NCBI GenBank assembly: GCA_951406725.2
Contig: OX597821.1
Coordinates: 3,348,001-3,412,000, forward strand
DNA length: 64,000 nucleotides
Source of the DNA: Octopus vulgaris
Lineage: Eukaryota
Direction: 5' to 3'
This document shows positions 43,828-57,668 of this stretch, in pieces. Numbering within the stretch: the first letter of the stretch is position 1; each line of letters opens with the position of its first letter. The notes under the pieces were generated by a model, which saw only the letters and a program-made list of their open reading frames with translations, was not told the origin of the DNA and did no database searches. The position numbers were made by a program, and so were the translations under genes.

Positions 43828-44477
43828 GGAATGAGAGGATAGTTAAGTCATAGTTAGTTTAGATGTGATACAAATTAGAGAGTGAGGTTGATTAAAGAAA
43901 ATAGATGTAAGATATGTATGAGTATAGAAGTTGTAAATCCGCTTTATAACAATAATGGTATTTATGCAATATTCCAATATCCTTTTGAGTAAAATCAAAA
44001 AGTCCAACAGAGTTTAATATGAGTCCTTCCAAAAGGACTCATATATATGCCTACATTTATATACATATCTATATCTATATACATACACAAAGCGATGAAA
44101 ATAATTTGACAAATTAAATTTACACGTTGAAGTGAATGTAGCGGTTTGTGTGTGTTTCTTAATTGACTAATACACACCATGCACGCTGCAATTGTTTTTG
44201 TATCAGCACACGATTTCAGACCAGGTGACTTGCTATGCAAGTACATCCCCGTAATATTTTTATTAAATTTTATATAAATCAAATTATGAGAATAATTTAA
44301 ATGTCCTAGCTTCGATAACGCAGAATAACAGTAATATCTACGTCAATCATATAAAAAACATGAGAACCAGTTTATTGGACGTTCTCCCGGATAGGTTAGC
44401 ATCAATAAATTTACCTGTTCCCGAACATAGCTCAACCTGATTCAAAATTTATAAAGGTCCGATGTTTGAAAAAATTG

Positions 44478-44658
44478 CAGGCGCGGCGGTGTAGTAACAA
44501 GTTGGTTTCCCAACCACAAGGTTCTGGGTTTCGTCATACATTTCTGCTCTAGACACAAGGGCCGAAATTTTGGGGTACAGGCCCAGTCGATTAGATTGAC
44601 ACCAGTACGCAACTGGTCATTAATTTATATACATATATATATATCGATATACATTTTA

Positions 44659-44706
<48 letters not shown>

Positions 44707-44768
44707 GGCGGTGCCCCAACATGGCCACAGCTCGTGAGCTGAAACTAGAATCAATCAATCAATCAATC

Positions 44769-44825
<57 letters not shown>

Positions 44826-45050
44826 TCACATGCATATATATTAAAATTCAATTATCCGCACCAACGCACGGTTGCAACACCATATTGGTATATTTACGTC
44901 CTCATAGCCCAGCGGTTCTTCAAAAGAGACCGGTTGAATATGTACCAGGTTCTAACAAAATAAATAATGGGTGCGATTCGTTCGAATAAAATTCTTCCAC
45001 GTGGTGCCCCAACATAGCCGCAGTCTAATGATTGAAGCAATTCAAAAACA
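44478..45050 (+). mobile_element. Cluster of SINE fragments split by (TA)n
   Basis: Family A head at 44478-44535, family-B-related segment at about 44550-44620, and tails ggtgccccaacatggccacag at about 44710 and 45003. Confidence 0.65.
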
Positions 45051-45070
45051 AAAGATCACCAAATGTAATA

Positions 45071-45173
<103 letters not shown>

Positions 45174-45219
45174 ATATATATATATACATATACATGCATG
45201 CATATATATATATATATAT

Positions 45220-45586
45220 ATTATATAAAAAGGGCTTAGTAAAATAAATTACTTTGCCACATACTGAACTCATTAGAAATAGCAGCTAAAAAAATTTTTT
45301 TAACTATTTCTAATACTTTAAAGAAGATCTCTCTCATATAGTTTTTGCTCAAGTCAACTCACGAGGTATGGGGGTAAAAACATTAAAAAATCACAAATGC
45401 AAAGGTTTGCATTTGTGATTTTTTAATGTTTTTACCCCATACCTTCGTGAATGATTGAACAATTCAAAAACTATATGAGAGATCTTCTTTAAGTATTAGA
45501 AATAGTTAAAACAAATTTTTTAGCTGCTATTTCTAATGAGTTCATATGTGCAAAGTAATTTATTTTACTAAGCCCTTTTATATAAT
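45220..45586. repeat. Long palindrome (arms about 180 bp, 2-nt centre) between (TA)n tracts
   Basis: cacaaatgcaaa-gg-tttgcatttgtg is centred at 45404/45405. The arms pair out to ttatataaaaagggcttag / ctaagcccttttatataa. Confidence 0.95.
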
Positions 45587-45680
45587 GTAATAATTTGAAT
45601 TCGCCTTAAATGGTCCCTTTACATACTGAATACTTGGTGAAATTGATTAATAATTAATTAATTTTACCCTCAATTGTTGC

Positions 45681-45711
<31 letters not shown>

Positions 45712-45791
45712 TATGCATATATATATAGATATATACATATACATACATATATATATATATATATTTAAACACACATACACACACACACAAT

Positions 45792-45825
<34 letters not shown>

Positions 45826-45832
<7 letters not shown>

Positions 45833-46410
45833 TATATTGAGGGTACTACTATTCGTAGATTCCACACGCTAAGAGGGACCAACGCGGGCAAAACTACTAA
45901 AATAAACAAAATTTTACCGAATGCAAAACTTCAAAGCAAATCATTTAAAAAAAGAAATTAGTTACATATCACCTGTGATTTCGCAATTAATGCAGAATAT
46001 GCATTCTATGTTCATCAGTGCAAGAAACTCAAGAAATATAAGAAAAAACATAACCTTACAAGCTCGATAGCCAACCGTAGAATTCGTCGTAGCATGTACG
46101 AATGCTTATCTTTACATATCTATGAAAATGGCCGGCTTATTCGCAATGCATTTCGGTAACAAATTGCCTACTCGGAATAAAAATTCAGTATTGAACTATT
46201 CCGGTGAAAAATATAAATTAACAATTGAGGATAAAATCTTTAAAAGAAATTATCAGTAGTTAGCGTGAAAAACCTCGTAAGAGAAAAAATCCGTAAATTC
46301 TTCCTCTTTGAAAATATTCATTTATATTATATTGAGGGTACTACTATTCATAGATACCAACACGCTAAGAGGGACCAATGCGGTCAAAACTCCTAAAATA
46401 CACAAAATTT
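45826..46410 (-). mobile_element. Partial-tandem element (about 495-bp unit plus about 90-bp direct repeat) carrying a hammerhead motif, between (TA)n tracts
   Basis: 45826-45915 is repeated at 46321-46410. Minus strand 46023-45962: ttgca CTGATGA, stem II, GAAA tcac-ag-gtga TA tgtaa. Confidence 0.78.
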
Positions 46411-47949
46411 ATATATATATTATATATATATAACTGTCCTGGGATTTGTTCGACTAAAGTTGGTGCTCCACCATGGCCGTAGTCTAATGACTAAAATATC
46501 TAAAAGAATAAAAGAATAAATAACCTCTGTTTCTATAGGCATTTCTAGAACGATTCCTCTTTTGCAAATACAGTACGAATGAGAGTAAATATTACACCAA
46601 AGACAGATACAAAGAGAAATCATTTAGAAAGTATGTTAAAGATGTAGCATTTTGCCCTCTGTTAAAAATCTATACAAGAGGCAGCAGAATGAAAACACTG
46701 ACGACTCTGAATATAATGAAGAAACAGCCACATAGAATGCGTAATAATATAGGATATTTTTAATTTTGTCACACCGTAACAAACTAAGTAATGTTATCCG
46801 CAGGCTCAACTGTTAATGGCTCTCATTCTTTGGAGTATTCCTTAAAAAATAACATAAATATTCCGAAAAATTATATGAAATCATGCAAATAATTAATATA
46901 ACCAGGTTATAATAAAAATCACGGAATAGTAATAATAGCTAATACGTAGTTAACGAATATACAAGCATAAGGAAATACGCAGCAAATATGACCAAAAAAG
47001 GAATAACGCACAAAAGAAATGTGATACGATTGTATGACTACCGGCATATTACTGCTAATTATCTTTATGTCATCACGACGTGTATATCACTGTTTTCTTT
47101 CGTTAATTATCTGCAAATGTTTTCGATTCCGTAGAATGTTTGATTAAGGTTCTTCTTTTTTTTCTTTTGGAGGTGTGAAGTGGAGTAGAGGATGGAGGTG
47201 AGGTTGTATTAATTGACGGTAGTGTCATGGATATAATTATTTTTGTTCAGGGATGTGAAGATATATTTGTAAACACACACACACATGCACACATGCACAC
47301 ACACATCACACGCGCACTCACACATACATGCACATGTGTGCAAACACACACAGACACACACACACACTCAATCACATACAAACACAGAGACATTTATATA
47401 CATTTATATTAAAAGAGAAAGAGTGCGTGCTTGTTTGTGTGTGTGTATGTGTAAGTGCATGTGCGAACGCTTGTGAGTGTATGTGTATACATGTTTGTGT
47501 TTGTGTTTTTGTGTGGGTGTACGTGTGCGCGCGCGTGTGTATGTTGGGGAGAGAATAGAAGAAAGAGAAAGAGAAAGTCCTCTCTGGTAAATTTTTGATC
47601 ATGATTAACTAAGATCAGGTGAAGGTGATTATGTAATTATGTGCCATTTCCTATTTTTTAGAATAATATATTTATATCTTTAAGTTATATGGGAAAGCGG
47701 CGCCTATAATAATTTTCTGGATCTCTGAGTCAACCATGAATGAGGAAGTTTCCCTGGCACCAAACACTTTGCCCTAATATTTAGGAAAGTGTAGCCTATG
47801 ATAAAAACATCCGAGATGCCTGAATACTGTTATAAATAGTGTAACAGATGACGTGCAACAGCCATTGAGGTTACGTAAGGGTCTTAAAGTAAGAATCGAA
47901 GAGCTGGAAATAAATGTACTATGTCCCATTCCAATGATTGAAGCACCAA

Positions 47950-48165
47950 AGCGGCGAGCTGGCAGAAACGTTAGCATGCCGGGCGGAATGCGTAGCCGTA
48001 TTTCGTCTGCCGCTAGATTCTGAGTTCAAATTCTGCCGAGGTCCACTTTGCCTTTCATCGTTTCGGGATCGATAAATTAAGCACCAGTTGCGTACTGGGG
48101 TGCATCTAATCGAGTGGACCCCTCCCCAATAATTTCGAGCCTTGTGCCTGGAGGAGAAAAGAATG
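47950..48165 (+). mobile_element. SINE family B
   Basis: gcggcgagctggcagaaacgttagcatgccgggcgg...gagttcaaattctgccgagg...tactgggg. Confidence 0.88.
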
Positions 48166-48327
48166 ATTCAAGCACCAACAGTAGCAACACTTGCATTGAC
48201 AGATTAAATTGTAGGTGAAGTAATTGCTAGGAAAGAACAGCTGCACCATCTGAGCCAGAGTTGTCATAATGTTGCCTAGATACTGCGAACGGGGAAAGCT
48301 AAATGCTGCACATATTTGTTGCAAGAA

Positions 48328-48358
<31 letters not shown>

Positions 48359-48364
48359 CAACAT

Positions 48365-48668
48365 ATATCGTTTGTTCCTTCTTGAGCCATGCCTGGCTCA
48401 TAAGAGCCAGTTTCCCAGTTTCCTTAGCGTATAGGTTCCCCACCTGGACGGGACGCTGGTCCGTCGCAGGTGAGCAACAAGATGCAGGAGGAAAGGCTCA
48501 GAGAAAGTTGTGGCGAAAGAGTCAGCAGAAGTTCGCCATTACCATCTGCCGGAGTCGGGTGGAGCTTAGGGGTTTTGCTCATAAACACACACACCGCCCG
48601 GTCTGAGATTCGAACCCGTGATACCTTGACCGCGAGTCCGCTGCTCTAACCACTGGACCATGTGCCTC
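48365..48668 (-). mobile_element. tRNA-derived SINE, third family
   Basis: Minus-strand head aggcacatggtccagtggttagagcagcggactcgcggtc...acgggttcgaatctc has Pol III A and B boxes, followed by about 230 bp of non-tRNA body. Confidence 0.8.
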
Positions 48669-48782
48669 TACATAAGCATATATAATTGATAAAAAATTAA
48701 ATTAGAAAATTTACACTTTCACTACTTTAGGTGTAAACTCTTAAACTTATGAAAACTTAAGGTTGAGGTGTATAACTGTCTA

Positions 48783-50330
48783 TCTATATATATAAAACTG
48801 AGACTGTGTGTCTGTCTGTCTATGTGTTTCCCTAAAACGTGAGAACTACACAAGCAATTTCATTAAAATTTTACACATGCCTTACGTAGGGTCCATGTAG
48901 TTTCATGGGCAAAAACAATGTTCAACTTCTTGCCTAGAGCGAGCCTATAGCAATATCATATCTTCTCCACAATTTCAGTATTACGTGTTAAAAGTGAAAC
49001 AAAAACATTTCTCTATTTTATGTCAGATGCTTTCACTTTAACAATAAAAATAATAATAACAATTGAATTATATGTAGTAAGTAATAATTAAAATCAAACT
49101 AAAGTATAATATAATCGTAACATAAGAAAAGTAAAAATAGCAATTTGTATAAAATTGCATCAATGACTTGAACTTGAATAAGTGATTTCACATGAATGGG
49201 AATAAATTAAAAATAAAATTAGCGTGCAGAAATAGAATAGTCCAGATGGAGCTGTGCTTTTACATTAGATTATCTGCTAATTAGCTAGCATTAAGTATCT
49301 ATATGAAGTTTGGCTGAATGCAATATCTGTTTTATCGAACAGCCGCTCCTATAGAATACTGCTGTTGGTTTATTTCTTATACATAAAGGACTAAAGCTTC
49401 AACTGCTTACTGCTTTCGGGTTCATCGTAAGGTTTGTTGTTATTATTATTAGTTTAACTCTTGTTATCACGTTTCTTGGTTCCTCGTAAAGGAAACATTG
49501 CTGTGTTGCATTTGTTAAATAATTGTAAACTATAACCCTCCCCCTTTGGAAGAAGGAGCTTTGGTTATTGTTTAAAAATTTAATTGTGTCCCTGTTTGGG
49601 GAAATTGACAATATGTTCACCGTTTACACGGAAGCATTTTTGTTAGAATGCCTCCGATAGAAGAAAGTCCGAAAATTAAGTTCGCTGCAGCCGTCGGTGG
49701 GCGCGAACTCATTGAAATTAAAATGGAAGAAATACGGATTGATCACCGACAAAGACGGTGAATCTAGGATAACACCACCAAACGAAATAAAAATTAAATT
49801 AAAGAAAAGACTATTGTCTATAAAGTATACAATTTAGAGAAAAAAAGATTTGAACACCTGGAGGAAAGCACCATCGAAAAGTGTCTTGGTGCGACTATGA
49901 AAGATATCTAACAAGAGGCGGTAAATTCGCCACAATAGAAGCAAGGTTCGAGTCAACGGAGCGTGCATGGGAGTACTCGACTCGAACCTTTCAAAGTGGA
50001 AATATTTTATTTTTACCTTTATATCTGGGACGTAGGACGTCCTGGATATAAATTTAAAATGTCCCCCCTGAAGTAGAGGTAGGCTGGATTGTAGCCACAC
50101 TTCTATACAAAAGGGAGGACAAGATCCAATTGATCGAAATTACAAGAGACGAGCCTACAATTCCAGTCTGTTATATATTTTGAGTGTTGTTATCACTAGC
50201 GATATCAAGATATCAATTTGTATTTTGTATTTTATGTGTAGATGTATATATATATAGAAGTACATGTAATATGTACACATATATACATGCACTAGCACTA
50301 TGAGCCGGCAACGACGGGTCATAATGCTAG
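48783..50330 (+). mobile_element. Non-autonomous Helitron
   Basis: 5' A|TCTATATATATAAAA...gtgtgtctgtctgtc; 3' hairpin ctagcactatgagccg...cgggtcataatgCTAG|T; inserted at an AT site with no TSD. Confidence 0.78.
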
Positions 50331-50989
50331 TACGTTTATAAATATTCCCCACAGCAGAAAGTTGAAAGGCTGGACAACACTCCATAATTTTTCAAGTCAT
50401 CCATTAGTGAGTGTGGAGTGGGAACTATAATGTTTGTTTGAGGATAATGAGGTGTGCATTGAAAGCAGTCCTAAGAGGAGGAAGAAAAAGAATGACGATA
50501 CTTCTAACATCTTAACAATATCTTAAAATTAATTAGTTTCAGTTTACACAATGAATTCAGGCTGAACAGTTACAAGGTAGAAATATATAACGTGAGTGTA
50601 AGCACATACGCAACTGCCAACACGTGTTCACTTCTACATGATGCGTACACAAATCACTCTAGACATTGTTGCAAGCACAACAATCCAATCTAATATCCAT
50701 GAGCCACTGCCTGGACCTTAAAAGCCTACTACACATATAGGAGAAGAGTTTGGGTTACATACATTGAGACTGTATTCGTTGTACTTAAGGAAAGTCAGAT
50801 GTTGTTTTCAGTAGATGTGACTCTTATTTCTAGCGATTCATAAGAAATATCTTAGAAGTTTTCACCTAATTTCAGTATGTCTGTCTTTATTTGCAAACAA
50901 TTTGGAATTTGATTGCAAATTTTGTAATTTATCGCCACAACGAAAGTGTTTTTTAAAATACTATTCTAATATTCCCTCTGTATTCATAT

Positions 50990-51203
50990 CAAATGTTTGC
51001 ACAAGGCCAGTAATTTTGGGGAGGAGGAGGAATGAGTCGATTTCATCGACTCTAGCATCCAACTGATACTTATTTTTATCGACTCCGAAAGGGTGGAATG
51101 TAAAGTCGACCCCGGCGGAATCTGAAATGAGAACGAGAAGACAGACAAAATGCCACTGAGAATTTTCCTCAACGTGTAAAAGATTCTGCCAACTCGCTGC
51201 CTT
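50990..51203 (-). mobile_element. SINE family B, decayed
   Basis: tacttatttttatcgactccgaaagggtgg...aaagtcgaccccggcggaat...gattctgccaactcgctgcc. Confidence 0.8.
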
Positions 51204-51809
51204 AATCTAATACACAACATTGAAATCTAATTCTGTAAAGTTCCATTTATAGACAAACTATACCGTCACTTACCAGATCGCTATAGAGAACACTTAATCG
51301 ATATCCCTCATAACACGTCACCATTTCATCCTTACGGTCCAGTGACGGCAAAATACCGCCATCTTCTGTTGATTCTAATACTACAAACTAAATGATAGTG
51401 TGCAAACTCAAAACAAAAATATTTTCTTCGAATCGGACTTCTCCATTCCCATAATACTAACGGCTAGAATTTCTCTAATCAGTCAGAACTGGTACCTATA
51501 AGTCCACTTGCTCATATATACTCTATACATGTATACTCTAACACGCACATACACGCTTACGCAAACAAACGTTTCACCTACAGATCCAGCCTGCCCACAC
51601 GTCAACAGGCACACTAGTAAGCACTAACAAAGAACGCGATTACGACGCAAATATCTAATATTGCTATTACACATGTCCAATATTTCAGCCCTTCTTTCCA
51701 CATGTCCCCACCCAGATATAGTCTGTATATTCTTGACTATTACACCTACCTCTCCGAATCCGATTCTAATACTATATATGCAGCTCGATATAATTTCTTT
51801 CGCCGAAAG

Positions 51810-51859
<50 letters not shown>

Positions 51860-52042
51860 ACACATACACACAAACACACATACACGCACACATGCATATG
51901 TGTATATATATATATATATATACATGCAGCGCGTGTACATTTATACATGTATATGTATATTTACTTATACGTGAATCTGTATCTCTATATATACGCACAC
52001 ACAAATAAACACTCATACTCACACATGGAAATATGCATACAT

Positions 52043-52097
<55 letters not shown>

Positions 52098-53334
52098 AAA
52101 ATAGGAGAAAACGAAGAAAACATACAATTATTAAAATAGTCAAATCCTACAGCAGACGTTTTCTTAGTGTTTTGCAGTCTGGCAAAATAGATTTCTGCTT
52201 CCATAAACCCAATTTCCTCGGATAACGTAATATATTTTACCTTAAAAGTGGTGATCAGAATTAATCTTGAGCTAAACTTTGTTGCTTCGATTTTCAGAGA
52301 ATGAATGAAATACATATGAAATGAAATAATTATATCCGAGCTATTCTTCATGTTCTACAATCATGGTTATATTAAGAGAAACCACAAGTACTGTTATCTT
52401 TTCAGTTATTAATTTCGTACTTTTCGCTTTCTCCATCCTATCACACGCCTAGGTTTGTCTTTAAGTTTTACGTTTGATCTTTTATCGTATTTTTTGTTGT
52501 TTGTGTTTCCTTTCATTACTGCTTTGATGGATTTGCTTTTGTTCCTGTAATAAATTACATATATTCTGAGATATTGTACAAAAGAAAGAAAGGAAAAGAT
52601 AAAAAGGAGAGTATAAATGAACGCAAATATATATAATAAAAAAATGTGGAGAAATGCAACCAAAACTTTAATTATACTACAGAAAGAATTTGAAAGATAT
52701 CTGGCGTGACCAGGGGCCATGGATTAGCTAGATCATGACTGATGCCTGCTATAAAAGAAATATGTGATAAAAGACACTAACAAAGAGAAGATAATGAAAA
52801 CAGAATGTGAGGTACAAATGCCATGCATTCATGAAATGATTGAGAAGTATAGGAGAGAATTTGTTAGACAAGACGAGCGTCAGGCCAGGAGAGAAGGCAT
52901 CACAAAACAAAACAAATGATGCGAAATAAATATTGTAAAAGCAAAATAATAATAATAATAGCAAAGAATAACAAATATATAAGAGAAACGAAACGCAGTC
53001 TGTACAAGACATATAATTAAATGATAAATTATTTCATGTAATATCCTAAAGACGCTTGTCGCCAGTCTCTGATGTAAACTCAGTCAAGTCAAATGGAATG
53101 TAATGTGCTGTGATCATTTGTTAGAGAGGCGGGCAACATGTGTTGTTTTGTTTCCGCGAGATGATTTCTACTAATTTCCTCTTCATACTTATTTAAAAAC
53201 CAACAAAAAAGAAAATGTAGATGGACATGTTTACAGACAACTTATACGCACGCTCACACTCACACACATACACACATGTACACGAACACGTACACACACG
53301 TACACAGACAAGCCACAAAGACAAGCACACACAT

Positions 53335-53545
53335 ATATCTTTTATATTTTGCTTGTTTCAGTTATTGGGTTGCGGTTATGCCGGAGTAGGTAGTCGAAAA
53401 TAGAAGACTCTGTACTTATATTTAAGTCTGATATATACTCTCGCAGTTTCTGTTAGCGAACCGCTAGATAAGGGGACTTAAATAAACCAAAGCCATGTTT
53501 TTAGCAGTAACGAGAGACAAACAGAAACGCAAAGATACACGCATA
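53335..53545 (-). mobile_element. Old SINE family A 3' half
   Basis: ttgtttcagttattgggttgcggttatgccggag...gcgaaccgctag. Confidence 0.6.
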
Positions 53546-53637
53546 CATACTTATACGTGTATATATACACTCATACGTACATAAATATATACATGTATAT
53601 ATATGTATATGTGAGTGTGTTTCTGTGTGTGCGTGTG

Positions 53638-53847
53638 TGTAATATGTAAAAATTATTGGTTAGCCATGATAAAACTCCGAGTTTTGGATGTCGGGGTGGA
53701 AATCCACGCCGCCATCTCTTCAGTTATCCGGCAATTGGATCTTTTTCCGATGGCCGGATACCTGAAGAGATGGCGGCGTGGATTTCCACCCCGACATCCA
53801 AAACTCGGAGTTTTATCATGGCTAACTAATAATTGTCACATATTACA
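53638..53847. repeat. Near-perfect inverted repeat (arms about 95 bp) with a hammerhead-like motif in each arm
   Basis: The arms pair almost perfectly. Each reads gata(a/c) CTGAAGA gatg...catc c AAAA ctc-g-gag TT ttatc, with AAAA instead of GAAA. Confidence 0.9.
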
Positions 53848-53916
53848 TTTACAGATAAATTCCTCTATTTACATATGAAGGTCTCTTTCATTCTTTTGTT
53901 GCCTCATCATTCCTAT

Positions 53917-53969
<53 letters not shown>

Positions 53970-54348
53970 TAATATTTGAGTGTGTGTATGTGTGTGTGAG
54001 TCTGTGTGTGCGAGCACGTGTGTGTGCGCGTGTGTGTGTGTGTTTGCAGGGAGATTGAAGCTTGTACACCCGAAGTTTATGAGACACTACTTGGAGAATC
54101 CTACTTTCGAACTTAAGGCTATCTCGTTATGAAAATGTCTTGAACTTCGGGCTTTCTGTTTTCTTTTTCTTACGTTACAGAACTATTTATATACTGTACG
54201 ATTAAAACTGAGAAGCTGATGTATAACTGAAGAAATTGTCAATTAGAAATACTTTAAAATTTAATCTGTGTACAATGCAATCTTCTCCCGGAAATTCTTA
54301 ACGAATATTATGATTAATTCCCGTAATTAATTTTATAAAACTGTAGTA

Positions 54349-54850
54349 ATTCCGGGTTGCTATTTTGCTTATGAATTTAAATGTTTCATAACCTGTGTGG
54401 TTTAAAACATTTCTCTGCATGTTTTAATAAATATATCGTGGGGAGTATTAGATGGGATATCCTGCAGTGAAATTTATAGCGTGATAAACATATCTGAGTC
54501 TCAGGGTGTATTACGTGTTGAGACTCAAGATATTCCGGGTGTTGCTGAAGTGTGTTTTTTTACTACCTCAAGATATGCCGGGTGTTGCTGTAGTGTGTGT
54601 TACTATCTCAAGATATTCCGGGTGTTGCTGAAGTCTGTGTAAACTATTTTGCTAACGAATTTAAATGGTTCGTAACCTTTGTAGTTTAAAATATTTCTCT
54701 ACATGTTTTAATTAATATATCGTGGTGAGTATTACACGGGATATACTGCAGCGAAATTCATAGCGTGATAAACATATCTGAGGCTCAGGGTATATGAAGC
54801 GTTGAGACTAAGATATTCCGGGTGTTGCTGAGGTGTGTGTTACTATCTTC
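54349..54850. repeat. Tandem duplication (about 285-bp period) containing a 40-bp minisatellite
   Basis: 54361-54555 recurs at 54646-54840. The unit aagatattccgggtgttgctgaagtgtg occurs at about 54527, 54570, 54610 and 54810. Confidence 0.88.
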
Positions 54851-55656
54851 TTCGCATAACTCTGTGTTATGAAAGCATGCAATTGCTGTGTACTGTATTT
54901 GGTACATCTCAATCTTGGCATGCCACTTCAGGAAATACAATTTCAAATCTTGTTTTTGTTTTTACCCAGTTGTCGTCCTCCCTACAATACTCTTTGTTCC
55001 CACATTTCATATTTTGCGATGCATAAGATTTCTTATTGTTCATCTTAGGAAAAAAAAAAAGAAAGACATCAGGTGTCTCAATGAAATTCTTAAATAATCA
55101 TAAATTTATATTAGTCTCATAACGCAATTAATGACTTATTCATTTATTGATACATTAGCTTAGTGATATCATTTTTACTCACAATAAAAGTTTCTTAACT
55201 AAATCTATTGTAAATTTCTTCTCTGAAAACTCCTCTAATTATATTTATACAAAAGTTAAATCTGATCTATGAAGTTATTTAAATTCTTTTGAACTACCAC
55301 TATATAATCTCTACTCTTACTTCTTTCAGTCATTCTTCTTCTTCCAATCAGGACTCACGCCATTAGCCACAAAGAATAATCTCTAATTCGAGCCTAATCT
55401 AAGCTACTAAGAATGCGTGCGGCAACTTGAAGATCCACCCACAACACGCGGTAGGCTGGCGGTTGCACGGGCACGAAAGCTATGTTGTTACCCTCATTTC
55501 ATAAACGGTGGCTTTAAACGGGTGGAGAGCTGAACCCTCCTGGGGTACAGAGGATTCGCAATCTACACTAGGTTGTGAAATTTACCACACCATGTTTTGT
55601 GGCAGAAGTATGGAGAAAGAGTGGATGATTGAACGCCACGCATCCATTTCCAAGTA

Positions 55657-55780
<124 letters not shown>

Positions 55781-56011
55781 AACAATAAATTAAATAGATG
55801 CAAATGACAATCCAATAATTTAATAATATTGCAATGTAGTGTGATATACTATGAATATGATATAACACTTTTTTTTACATCCATATTTATGTGGTCTTCA
55901 ACCGAAATACTAGAGAATTGGATGTTTTACACATCCCTTTGAAGGAAATTTTTCCTTTGTTACCTTATATAATTATATATATATATGTATGTGTGTGTGT
56001 GTGTATACACG

Positions 56012-56225
56012 AAGGCGGCGAGCTGCCAGGAACGTTAGCACGCCGGGCGAAATGCGTAGCCGTATTTCGTCTGCCGTTACGTTCTGAGTTCAAATTCTGC
56101 CGAGATCGACGTTGCTTTCATCATTTCGGGGGTCGATTAATTAAGTACCAGTTACGCACTGGGGTCGATGTAATCGACTTAATCCATTTGTCTGTCCTTG
56201 TTTGTCCCCTCTGTGGGTAGTAAAG
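56012..56225 (+). mobile_element. SINE family B, well preserved
   Basis: ggcggcgagctgccaggaacgttagcacgccgggcgaaatgcgtagccg...ggggtcgatgtaatcgactt. Confidence 0.9.
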
Positions 56226-56676
56226 AAATATACATACATATATATATATATATATATATGACGCTTTTCTTTGAGTATCCGTCTACCAAATCCACTCGCA
56301 ATGCTATCGTAGGAAACATTTGCGAAATGTGCCACATTGCGGAACTAAACAGAACAATGTTACTGCTGCGTCTAACAAGGGAGCAATATGCACGACAAAG
56401 CAGTTTCGAAGCTATTGTTAATCCGCCAGCACGCGTGCACTCTGAGATTTCTTTTACACATTCCTTAAAATTAAGCATTAAAATACCAAATTTTGAGATT
56501 AAAATCATTTAAAACCACATTCCTTAGTTTTATTTATCTTTTTACGGTTTCGGGTACATTTTATGTTATGCAGCTCTTTTATATTAATTTACTAAACCTA
56601 ATATGATATGGTCTGCGATAAGATATGTGTATTATAATCTCCTAATATAATAATGAGCGTAATGCTTTCATATATT

Positions 56677-56722
<46 letters not shown>

Positions 56723-56856
56723 TTTATATATGAGGATAAAATCGATATTTAAGTATCAAAATTATCAAGTGGCCAGCATGAAAGAAATACCTTACAAAGG
56801 TAAAAAATTTTTAACAATAAAAAAATGAGGGTGTCTTTTAGACACCTCATTTTTAC

Positions 56857-56962
<106 letters not shown>

Positions 56963-57224
56963 ACAATCACGCCGGACGCGAAGGGGAAGAAAAAATAGTA
57001 ATTCAGTGAAGAAGTAGTGAGGGTAATTTCCCTGACTGAGAGTAACAGCAATGAGAGAAAGGAAGGGGTGGTAGATGAAAACGAAATGAAGCGGTGAAAA
57101 AAATCGGCTTTTCAACTCTGTGTGAGTATATGTGTGTACGTGTGTGCGTGTACAAGGGAAGTATGTGAATGTTTGCATGTGTTATTATTACATACCATAT
57201 TTACTAGCTTATTTACTCTTAACT

Positions 57225-57443
57225 CTTTACTCCTTTGCGTGTTTTAGCCATGTGACTGTAACCATGCTGGAGCACCGCCTTTAGTCAAGCAAATCGACCC
57301 CGAGACTTATACTTTGTAAGCCGAGTCCTTATTATATCGGTCTCTTTTGCCGAACCGTTAAGTTACGGGGACGTAAACACACCATCATCGGCTGTCAAGC
57401 GATATGGGAGGACAAACACAGACACACGAACATGTACAAATAA

Positions 57444-57502
<59 letters not shown>

Positions 57503-57668
57503 TACGACGGGCTTTTTGAGTTTCCGTCTACCAAATCCACTCACAAGGATTTAGTCGGCCCGACGCTACAGTAGAAGGCACTTGCCCAAGGTGCTAACGC
57601 AGTGGGACTTCACCTGGAAGCATGTTATTGGAAAGCAAGCTAATTACCACGCAACCACTCCTACGCCT
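57225..57668 (-). mobile_element. SINE family A
   Basis: Colinear with 10920-11418. Confidence 0.9.

Noticed and set aside
45525-45570. CTAATGA...CAAAG in the palindrome arm as a hammerhead
   Set aside because: Both core boxes deviate and stem pairing is weak.
48595-48668. Possible tRNA gene on the minus strand
   Set aside because: A and B boxes are present but I could not form a convincing acceptor stem, and the sequence runs into a SINE body.
54524-54650. CRISPR-like regular repeats
   Set aside because: The inter-repeat segments resemble each other rather than being unique spacers, there are no cas genes, and the context is eukaryotic.
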